A stretch of 64,000 bases of DNA from the human T2T-CHM13v2.0 reference genome, Homo sapiens (GCF_009914755.1 NC_060939.1), one strand, 5' to 3'. Shown: positions 50,349 through 60,449, counted from the stretch's first letter. Numbers and translations: made by a program. The notes: generated from the letters alone by a model not told the origin.

Positions 50349-52620
50349 GGAATGGAATGGAAAGGAGTGGAATGGAATGGAATGGAATGGAATGGAATGG
50401 ATTGATTGGAGTGCAGTGGAGTAGAGGTGAGTGGAGTTCACAGTAGTGCAATGGAATGGAATGGAGTGGAGTCGAGTGCAGTGGAGTGGGTTGGAATGGA
50501 ATGGAGTGGAATGGAATGGGATGGAATGGAATGGAGTGGAGTGGAGTGGAGTTCACAGGAGTGCAATGGAATGGGATGGAATGGAATTGAATGGAATGGA
50601 ATGGAATACAATGGAGTGGAATGCAATGGAATGCAATCGAATGGAATTGTGAAATTAAATGTGAGCTGAGATAGTGCCACTGCACTCCAGCCTGTGTGAC
50701 AGAGTGAGATCCTGTTGAAAGAAATTAGTGGAATGTAAGAGAATAAATTATACTGGAATGGAATGGATTGGAGTGGAGTGGAGAGTAATGGAGCTTAATG
50801 GAGTGGAAGGGAATGGGAAGGAGTGGAATGGAATGGAGTGGAGTGGAGTGGAGTGGAGTGGAGTGGAGTGGAGAGAAATGAGGTAAAATGCAATGGGATG
50901 GACTGGAATGGAGTGGAGTGGAGTGGAGTGAATTGGAATGGAGTGGATTTGACTGGATTGCAGTGGAATGAAGTGGAGTGGAATGGAATGGAATGGAATG
51001 GAGGGGAGTGGAGTGGAGTTGAGGGGAATGGAGTGGAGTGGAATGGAGTGGAATGGAATGGAATGGAATGGTGAAATAAAATGTGAGCTGAGATTGTGCC
51101 ACTGTGTTCCAGCCTTTTTTTGACACAGTGAGAGCCCGTCAAAGGAAAGGAATGGAATGGAATATGGTGGAATGGAATGGAGTGGAGTGGATTGGAGTGG
51201 AGTGGAGTGGAGTCAAGTGGAACAGAGTGGAATGGAATAGGATGGAATCGAATGGCATGTAGTGGAGTGGGATGGAGTGAATTTCAGTGGATTAGGGTGG
51301 AATGGAGTGGAATGGAATGGGATGGAAGGGAATGGCATGGAGTGTAGTGGAGTGGACTGGAGTGGGTTAGAATGGAATTGAATGGAATGGTATGGAATGG
51401 AATGGAATGGAATGCAATGGAATGGAATGGTGAAATTGAATGTGAGCTGAGATAGTGCCACTCCACTCCAGCCTGGGTGACAGATTGAGATCCTGTCAAA
51501 AGAAAGGAATGGAATTGAATGGAGGGGAATGGAATGGGATGGAGTGGGGTGGAGTGGAGTGGAGTGGATGGGACTGGATTTGAGTGGAGTCTAGTGGAAC
51601 AGAGTGGAATGGAATGGGGTGGAGTGGAACGGAATGGAATGGAGAGGAGTGGTGTGGAGTGGAGTGGATTGGAATTCAATGGGATGGAATGGTATGGAGT
51701 GGAGTGGAATGGAGTGGAGTGGAATGGAATGGAATGGAATGGAATTGGAATGGAATGGAATGGAATGGAGAGGAGAGGAATGGAGTGGAATGTAGTGTAA
51801 TTGGAAAGGATGGAATGGAATGGAATGCCATGGAATAGAATTAGGAATAGAATGGAATGATGTGGAATGGAATGGAGTAGAATTCAGTGGAGTGGAGTGG
51901 AGTGGAGTGGAATGTAATGTAATGGAATGGGATGGGATGGAGTGGAATGGAATGGAGTGGAGTGGAGTGGAGTGGAATGGAGTGGAATGCAATGGGATGT
52001 GATGGAATGGAGTGGAGTGGAGTTGAGTGGATTGAAATAGAATGGAATGGAGTGGAGAGGAGTGTAGTGGAATGGAATGGAATGGAATGGAATAGAAGGG
52101 AATAGAATGGTGAAATGAAATGTGAGCTGAGATTGTGCCACTGCACTCCATCCTGGGTGACAAGTGAGATTCTATCGAAAGAAAGGAATGGAACGGATTA
52201 GAGTGGAATGGAATGGAGTGGGGTAGAGTGGAGTGGAGTGTAGTGGAGTAGAGTGGAATAAAGAGGAATGGAATGGGATGTAATGGAAAGGAATGCAGTG
52301 GAGTGGAGTAAAGTGGAGTGGAGCGGAGTGGAGTGGTGTGGAGTGGAGTGGAGTGGAGTGGAATGGAATGGAATGGAATGGAATGGAATGGAATGGCACG
52401 GTGAAATGAAATGTGGGCTGAGATTGTGCCACTTCACTACAGCCTGGATGACAGAGTGAGTTCCTGAAGAAATAAAATAATGTAATAGAATGGATTGGAA
52501 TGAAATGGAATGGAGTGTAGTGGACTGGAGTAGAGTGGAATGGAGTGGAGTAGAGTGGAAGGGAATGGAATGAAATGAGATGGAATGGAATGGAATGGAA
52601 TAGAATGGAGTGGAGTGGAG

Positions 52621-52964
52621 TGCAAAAATCCTCAATAAAATACTAGCAAGCCGAATCCAGCAGCAAATCAAAAAGCTTATCCACCATGATCAAATGGGTT
52701 TCATCCCTGGGATGCAAGGCTGGTACAACATACGCAAATCAGTAAACGTAATCCATCATATAAACAGAACCAACGTCAAAAACCACGATTATCTCAATAG
52801 ATGCAGAAAAGCCCTTTGACAAAATTCAACAACCTTCATGCTAAAAACTCTCAATAAATTAGATATTGATGGGACGTATCTCAAAATATTAAGAGCTATT
52901 TATGACAAACCCGCAGCCAATATCATACTGAATGGGCAAAACCTGAAAGCATTCCCTTTGAAAA
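52621..52964 (+). mobile_element. L1PA internal fragment (ORF2 reverse-transcriptase region), frameshifted
   Basis: Translates to [50 protein letters not shown] and [42 protein letters not shown], which match the L1 ORF2p RT region. Small deletions (AACCAC--GATT, CAACAACC-TTC) break the frame. No poly(A) and no TSD. Confidence 0.95.
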
Positions 52965-53213
52965 TCTCAGTTACCTTTCTTTTGGATATGTGTGTGAGGA
53001 AAGAGTACCTACAAACTACCCTTTTAGTTAAATGCCATATACAATAAATATTAATACCTACAGTCCTCATGTTGTACATTAGAGCCCTCAATTTGTTAAT
53101 TCTACATATCTGCAACTTTGCATCCTTCGAATTCTCTATCTCCATTTTCTCTTCTCACCCCCAGCCCCTAGTAACCACTGTTTTATACTCTATCTCTGCA
53201 TATTTACCTTTTT
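52965..53213 (-). mobile_element. Old L1 (L1MA-type) 3' UTR fragment
   Basis: AGTTACC...TACAGTCCTCATGTTGTACATTAGA...CTGCAACTTTGCATCC...CCCCAGCCCCTAGTAACCACTGTTTTATACTCTATCTCTG resembles the antisense L1MA 3' end as I remember it. Confidence 0.7.
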
Positions 53214-54559
53214 GCTGTTTTTGTCCTGAGAAGTTTATTGGGACTTTCAGCTAGGAGATAATATGTTCTGAGTCTTGATTATCTCAAATTATATCAGGTA
53301 AGAAGTTTTACTTGTCTGGAGAGCAGAGAGCAAGTGCATAATTTTATGCAGAAGAGGGAATAAAGAGAATTCTCTAATTAAAATTTGAATCAGAAATATG
53401 GTTCATATTTTTATGTACAACAATCTCTAAGGCTTCCTGGAAAGGAATTAGCTGCCTGATTTTTTTTCATTTGAATCCTCTAATACATGAAGAGGATGAT
53501 TCTACCATACCAATCACAAGAATGATATCTGTAGAATCAAAAGTTGAAATCCTATTATCCTAGAAGTTTTTTCAGAAAACTTGAACATGTATTGAAATGT
53601 CATGCTGGTCATATATGTTACAGCAATGAGGAATTTACTTATTATATACTTTAGCTTTTTAGCCCTTTCCCTGCCCACCAGAAATGTTTCTTTTGAATCC
53701 AATTTGGTCCTCATAGTTTTAGAATGTTAAGGAATGTATAGGGGTATCTTTTTTCTTCTTTTTTTTTTTTGTCAAGCTATTGTATATTTTTACTTTACCT
53801 GTTTGGGTATGTAGTTACTATTTGTTTGGACTGTCATACTAGAAAAAAATTATAGTGAATTTTACATGTATGGAGTCTTCATTAATCTGTATAAACTGAC
53901 AAGTTTAGAATATCAAAGTCAACACTGTAAAAAATAAAGTGATATTTTATCTGGTCTATCTCCTTGCAAATAAAAGAACAATAAATTCTGTACTATTATG
54001 AAATATAAGAGCTTGAAAATTTTTCAAGTGTCTTGTATAGAATGGCCTTCGAATTCAAGGTATAAACTACAACAAAACACTTTCGAGATCTAGTTTGATT
54101 GAAGAGTGCATTCTTACTTATTTATATATTCTCTGCAATTTCTGATTCAAGATAGTCCACAATTCTAAAGGAAAACCAAAATAGAATAATAATTACAAAA
54201 CAAAATAAAAAGTAATTGAGGAAGACAATTGAGCAACTTATTTTTGACAACTAGCTTTTTAACAAACAGAAAAGTGCACTAAAAATACTGCCTAGTTGTT
54301 TAAAGTAGGCTGAGATCTGACTGTATCCCCTGAGTGTCATAAAGAAAAAACTACCTTTGAGGGAGCACAGTGATTAAATTTAAAAGATTTATTGTTTAAC
54401 CTCAGGAAGACTTTCAATAACTTTTTATAAATTGTATACAGTTAATGGAAGACATGCTAGGCTTCTTGTAAGAATTTGTTCCAGATCACTGTGTATAATT
54501 AATGGCTTGTCTACATATTTTTTCAATAAAACTGTTCATGAAGAATTTTAAGTATGCAC

Positions 54560-54705
54560 TTTCAGTACCAGAATGAATATATCTTTGTGAAGATACCATT
54601 TATGTACCATAACATCCAAAGCATAATGAGGAGATTTTGATACACTGCAGATTTAGAACTGAGTTGGAAAACAAAACTTCAACATACTGTCTTGTCAGCA
54701 CAAAG
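54560..54705 (+). repeat. 146-bp dispersed direct repeat, copy 1 (putative donor)
   Basis: Ungapped match to 55305-55450 with 9 mismatches (~94% identity), offset 745 bp. Confidence 0.9.
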
Positions 54706-55156
54706 CAAATAAATTCATCACTGTCAGTTGAGATTTAAATTCACAAACTTATAAGCAATAAAATCAAAGTAATTTTGTTATAAGTTTTTTGACACCAGAT
54801 TATATGGGGTAAATAATTTACTTTCTAATCAAGCAATTGATACATATAAACCTGAAATAGAGAGTTTTGCCTTTTAATTAGATACATTGTTACGCAAAGA
54901 GTGGTTGAAGCTGCAGTTGAGAATTATCTTTTTCTCTTTTTGCTGTTCTTACAAGGACAGTTTCTAGAATTCTTTTCAAAACAATAGAACAGAAAATTTC
55001 ACTTACTCACTTAATTTAACTTTTGTTAAAGTACTTTGCCAAAATTAGCAAACTATGAAAGGAAAGTTTGCCTTTTCAATATATATGTAAGTGGCAAGTA
55101 AAAGTTGTTCTTAAATCACGTGATCTCATAGAAATAACATGGGATAAAAAGAGTTC

Positions 55157-55864
55157 TGAAGGTGTTCAGGAAATGCCAGTCCTAAATGTATTGCTTTGGT
55201 GTACTGATTACATTGAACTGAAAATATTTGAAAAATAACAACTGTGGGACATGCTTTCTCTGCACTCCCTTTACGTTCCTCAAGAGAGATCCTCCAAAAG
55301 GAATTTTCAATACCAGAATGAATGTATCTTTGTAAAGATACCATTTATCTACCATAACATCCAAAGCATGATGAGGAGATTTTTATACACTGCAGATTTA
55401 GAACTGAATTGGAAAACAAAGCTTCAAGATACTGTCTTGTCAGCACAAAGACATTCATCTCCTTCCTAGGAGTTTCATCAGCCAGGGAAAATTGACTCCT
55501 CATATCACAGGAGACAAGACTAAGAGTCCATTCCACACCAAGGCAGACTGCCACAAACTATCATCTATGCTCCTAGGGGTCTGGTCATCTTTCCCAAAAG
55601 TCATTTGCTCTCCCTTAAGTTTCCTACATTCTTCCTCCTGCCTTCCCTACAAGCTCCTAAATCTCACTGGGTTTTTTTCTTGGTGGTGTTTTGTTTGTTT
55701 TGTTTTGTTTTGTTTTTGATTCCACGTTTCTTTCCTGTGATTCCCCCATGCGTGTAATAAATGTGTACACATTTTCTTCTTTTGACATGCCTGTTATCCA
55801 TTTATTCAATAGACTCAGTTATCATACCTTCAGAGGGTAGAGGGAAAGGTCTCCAAGTCCTACA
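55157..55864 (+). mobile_element. Solo LTR, MER34/MER39 (ERV1) family, probably MER34C-like
   Basis: Begins TGAAGGTGTTCAGG and ends ACCTTCAGAGGGTAGAGGGAAAG...CCTACA (TG...CA termini). It has AATAAA at ~55756 and a 4-bp TSD GTTC at 55153-55156 and 55865-55868. It is interrupted by the 146-bp duplicate at 55305-55450. Confidence 0.75.
55305..55450 (+). repeat. 146-bp dispersed direct repeat, copy 2 (inside the LTR)
   Basis: TTTCAATACCAGAATGAATG...GTCTTGTCAGCACAAAG, ~94% identical to 54560-54705. Confidence 0.9.
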
Positions 55865-56148
55865 GTTCCAAAAGAAAATAGCTAGTAATGCAAATGCAAA
55901 AGTCATATAAACTTTGAGACAAAGTTAGCGTCTTATATGGTACGTTCAGAAAGAAGAGGTGTGTTGCACACCAAGGGACATTTTCCTGGTCTTAGCTACT
56001 AAGTTTCTCTGAGAAGAAGCAGTCACTACTACAGCAGTTAAACACCTGACTCCCAAATTATAAAAGCCTAAGTGTTCAGATTAAATCATGAGTTGTCACC
56101 TGTGAATCATAAAGTCTGAACTCTTTAAATTGCAAACACACATAGAAA

Positions 56149-56284
56149 AACGATTCTTACACAGGGATCCATGAGTGGAACTGCAAAGTTTTGTCAAAAT
56201 CTATATATATGTTTTCTTTTTAAGGGTCATAGATTTCAATATATGTTAAAAGATATCTGGGGCTAGTAAAGATTAATAACCATT
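56149..56284. mobile_element. Degraded hAT-Charlie non-autonomous DNA transposon (Charlie4z-like)
   Basis: GGGATCCATGA...TGCAAAGTTTTG...AGGGTCATAGATTTCA...AAAGATTAATAACCATT weakly resembles the remembered consensus. Confidence 0.4.
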
Positions 56285-57492
56285 TTCAGTTTTGTGCTGA
56301 AATTGGCAAATCATGGCTTTTCTCCCTCCAACACACCACCTCCCGCCTCAGCACACCACTGGTTAATCTTTATTTTCAGGAGAGAAAAAGATGTTTCATA
56401 TTAATAAAGGTAAATTATACACTTGTTTGTTTTATACTTTTCCACCTCTTAAGCTTAATCGTGTTTTAATAATGTATAATTGAATACATTAACATTTAGA
56501 TGTTAGTAAATGAATAACAAATGTTCATTATTTCTCTTGAGTAGAGGAATAAAAATTTTGCACCTGTTGTATAGAATGATTTTTAAAATCTCATTCAATC
56601 CTTCAGAAGTTTAAGATTTTTTTTCAAGAATTTTTATATAAAATTTTTACTCAGAAGCAGATAGCTCACAAAAAGTATGGGGGTTTTTTGGATTATAAAT
56701 AAACTATTCCACTCACCAAGATGCTGAGACATCCTACTTTCTGGTATTTTGAAATAAAAACAAAACACAAGAATGTGACGATGAAGCAAGTGAAAATTAA
56801 AAGGGTACAGACTTTAGAAGTATCATAAGCTAAAAATAAAATGAAACAAACCTGTAAAGGAACCAAAAGCCCAGGTAGATATAATACAGTAAATTATGAG
56901 AAGCTAAAAAAAATGAGGAGGTGATAAACAATAAAGTGAAAATCTCTGATAAAGCCAAAACTACTTGAATGGCAGTCAACAAAACAGAAGAAAAAAATGA
57001 CACTCATAACAAGGCAGAACTATGGAAATGCATCCCTGGGGGTAAGATAATAGAGTTGCGAATTAGTGGAGGTGGATCACAAATACTGGCCAAATAAAGC
57101 CCGCTAACATAATTCAAAGGACAGAGAAATTCTGTAGCTGAAGACAAAAAGTCTGAAATACATTATGGTATAGTCAAATGAGTGTCATTTCTAATAGACA
57201 CACTTATTTTTCAAGAGTTGATAATATGAAGTAAAAATTTAGTATGCAAAGTTCAAATTTTCCATTTGTTGAGTAATTCATTTTTATTAAATATTTTCCA
57301 ACAATTAAACTAAAGTGGTACCAGAACAGAGTAGACATTCTGAGTTTTCACTTTACAAAAGCTACACATAAATCTACGTACTTCTTAAGGGTATAAACAA
57401 AGTCAGAGCCTGTGTGATATTTCAATAAACAATTGGAGAAAATTTTTTTAAGAATAGATTATATACATAATGACCTCTTTGAGAACCTTATT

Positions 57493-59305
57493 TTTTTCTT
57501 TTTTTTGTGTGTGTGTTTGTTTTTTTTTTGTGTGTGTGTTTTCATTTCTTTTTTAAATTATTATTATTATACTTTAAGTTTTAGGGTACATATGCACAAC
57601 GTGCAGGTTCGTTACATATGTATACATGTGCCATGTTGGTGTGCTGCACCCATTAACTCGTCATTTACATTAGGTGTATCTCCTAATGCTATCCCTCCCC
57701 CCTCCCCCCACCCCACAACAGTTCCCAGTGTGTGATGTTCCCCTTCCTGTGTCCATGTGTTCTCATTGTTCAATTCCCACCTATGAGTGAGAACATGCGG
57801 TGTTTGGCTTTTCATCTTTGCGATAGTTTACTGAGAATGATGGTTTCCAGCTTCATCCATGTCCCTACAAAGGACATAAACTCATCATTTTTATGGCTTC
57901 ATAGTATTGCATGGTGTATATGTGCCACATTTTCTTAATCCAGTCTATCATCGTTGGACATTTGGGTTGGTTCCAAGTCTTTGCTATTGTGAATAGTGCC
58001 ACAATAACATACGTGTGCATGTGTCTTTAGAGCAGCATGACTTATAATCCTTTGGGTACATACCCAGTAATGGGATGGCTGGGTCAAATGGTATTTCTAG
58101 TTCTAGATCCCTGAGGAATCACCACACCGACTTCCACAATGGTTGAAATAGTTCACAGTCCCATCAACAGTGTAAAAGTTTTCCTATTTCTCCACATCCT
58201 CTCCAGCACCTGTTGTTTCCTGACTTTTTAATGATTGCCATTCTAACTGGTGTGAGATGGTATCTCATTGTGGTTTTGATTTGCTTTTCTCTGATGGGCA
58301 GTGATAGCATTTTTTCATGTGTTTTTTGGCTGCATAAATGTCTTCTTTTTAGAAGTGTCTGTTCATATCCTTCGCCCACTTTTTGATGGGGTTGTTTTTT
58401 TCTTGTAAATTTGTTTGAGTTCATTGTAGATTCTGGATATTAGCCCTTTGTCAGATGAGTAGGTTGTGAAACTTTTCTCCCATTCTGTATGTTGCCTGTT
58501 CACTCTGATGGTGGTTTCTTTTGCTGTGCAGAAGCTCTTTAGTTTAATTAGATCCCATTTGTCAATTTTGGCTTTTGTTGCCATTGCTCTTGGTGTTTTA
58601 GACATGAAGTCCTTGCCCATGCCTATGCCCTGAATGGTATTGCCTAGTTTTTTTCTATGGTTTTTATGATTTTAGGTCTAACATGTAAGTCTTTAATCCA
58701 TCTTGAATTAATTTTTGTATAAGGTGTAAGGAAGGGATCCAGTTTCAGCTTTCTACATATGGCTTGCCAGTTTTCCCAGCACCATTTATTAAATAGGGAA
58801 TCCTTTCCCTAGTTCTTGTTTTTGTCAGGTTTCTCAAAGATCAGATAGTTGTAGATATGCGGCATTATTTCTGAGGCCTCTGTTCCATTCCATTGGCCTC
58901 TATCTCTCTTTTGGTATAAGTACCATGCTCTTTTGGTCACTGTAGCCTTGTAGTATAGTTTGAAGTCAGGTAGCGTCGTACCTCCAGCTTTGTTCTTTTG
59001 GCTTAGGATTGACTTGGCAATGCAGGCTCTTTTTTGGTTCCATATGAACTTTAAAGTAGTTTTTTCCAATTCTGTGAAGAAAGTCATTGGTAGCTTGATG
59101 GGGATGGCATTCAATCTATAAATTACCTTGGTCAGTATGGCCATTTTTACAATATTGATTCTTCCTACCCATGAGCATGGAAGGTTCTTACATTTGTTTG
59201 TATCTTCTTTTATTTCATTGAGCAGTGGTTTGTAGTTCTCCTTGAAGAGGTCCTTCACATCCCTTGTAAGTTGGATTTCTAGGTATTTTATTTTCTTTGA
59301 GTCAA
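57493..59305 (-). mobile_element. 5'-truncated L1PA (about L1PA4) with 3' ORF2, 3' UTR and a degenerate poly(A) tail
   Basis: The antisense 3' end reads TTATACTTTAAGTTTTAGGGTACAT...CTCGTCATTTACATTAGG. ORF2 peptides include [69 protein letters not shown] and [29 protein letters not shown]. The 14-bp TSD is TTGAGAACCTTATT (57479-57492) / TTGAGATCCTTATT (59306-59319), 1 mismatch. The tail has decayed to T/GT repeats at 57493-57570. Confidence 0.95.
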
Positions 59306-59343
59306 TTGAGATCCTTATTGTGAGATTCAATTCAGAATCTGGG

Positions 59344-59641
<298 letters not shown>

Positions 59642-60449
59642 CAGAATCTGGGTCTTAACCAGATTTGCCATTATAAAATGAAATGAAACCAAAACCACCA
59701 GTCAATATCTGTAGCAGTGTTATTGTTGGGGAGCATGCACGTTTGTTTGAGCTTACTTATATATACAGAGCTGTTTAGCTTAATCTTTAAATTGAAAATT
59801 TTTAGTATTTTTAGAATGTTTTAGATACTTTGATGAATAAATTTTGTGTTAACAAACTACTATTAATAAAACTTATAAATTAAATATTTCTGAACACATT
59901 GGCAGATGTAAATGACAAAGTTATATTCACACAATCAGTTTTTCTTGCACAGAATTGACATTTTGTCAAAAAGTTAAAATCTTTGAAATGTGTTTTCTGT
60001 CCTCATCTTTCCCCTTTTGAGCATTTTTCCCCCTGGGTTGGTTATAAAATATTCCCTAACTTCAGGCATCTGGTTAAGTTTTGGGTTTTCTCCCTTCCTA
60101 CCAACTCATATGGATTGGTAATGATCTGATAGAAGACAATTGCCAAAAATCAATCAAATATGTTTTAAATGAAACTTCTCCAATATAATATTCATGTTAA
60201 TCCTTCTTTAATTGCTGAATGAGTAATAATTGTTCACTGACCCTTAAAATCCTAAAACTTAATCAGCTCACTGGAGTGGATGAATGGATGTTTGTCTAGA
60301 AGAGAATGCTTAAGGTCTACTTCAAGGAGTTCATAATAGTAAAAATGTCCTTTTCTTCCATCAGAAACTTCATCCTGATCTTTTCATCCTTGTTTTTCTA
60401 CTAGCTCTCCTTCTCCAAATACACTGACTTGGAACCCCAGTTTCAGTGG

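Larger units (their letters stand above)
32031..52620 (+). repeat. Composite satellite, type B domain: GGAAT/GGAGT blocks punctuated by ~64-bp Alu 3'-end fragments
   Basis: 55 copies, mostly GGTGAAATGAAATGTGAGCTGAGATTGTGCCACTGCACTCCAGCCTGGGTGACAGAGTGAGATCCTGTCGAAAGAAAGG, starting near 32045, 32382, 32854, 33231, 33715, 33908, 34110, 34327, 34580(A-like), 35218(A-like), 35870, 36102, 36499, 36830, 37295, 37727, 38186, 38357, 38559, 38761, 39037(A-like), 39195, 39496(A-like), 39684, 40040, 40372, 40628, 41025, 41401, 41848, 42568, 42919, 43297, 43705, 44082, 44509, 44940, 45377, 45794, 46225, 46865, 47131, 47547, 47908, 48365, 48711, 49068, 49546, 49912, 50285, 50661, 51083, 51442, 52122, 52413. 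Mean spacing is ~380 bp. Confidence 0.9.

Noticed and set aside
16123-52480. CRISPR-like layout of constant ~60-bp repeats with variable spacers
   Set aside because: The repeats are Alu-derived, the spacers are 0.1-1.4 kb of satellite, there are no cas genes, and the DNA is primate.
16123-52480. About 79 independent Alu retrotranspositions, or 7SL/Alu RNA genes
   Set aside because: Copies share breakpoints, derived mutations, orientation and flanks, have no TSDs, and lack the Pol III A/B boxes.
1-52620. EWS-FLI1-type GGAA microsatellites, canonical G-quadruplexes, CENP-B boxes or alpha satellite
   Set aside because: The period is 5, not 4. G-runs are mostly GG. No 171-bp monomer or CENP-B box was seen.
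15-52625. Hundreds of long ORFs (MEWNG.../HSIPF..., up to 1156 aa at 35463-38933)
   Set aside because: GGAAT/GGAGT pentamers and their complements contain no stop codons, so long low-complexity ORFs appear in all frames. There is no domain or gene structure.
55310-55410. Possible minus-strand exon (ttttccaattcag ... CATTCTG/gtattg) in the duplicated segment
   Set aside because: Stops occur in all three frames, there is no recognisable protein, and no transcript evidence is available.
52621-59305. The + strand L1 fragment and the - strand L1PA as one twin-primed inverted L1
   Set aside because: They are 4.5 kb apart with older repeats between them, and the - strand element has its own TSD.
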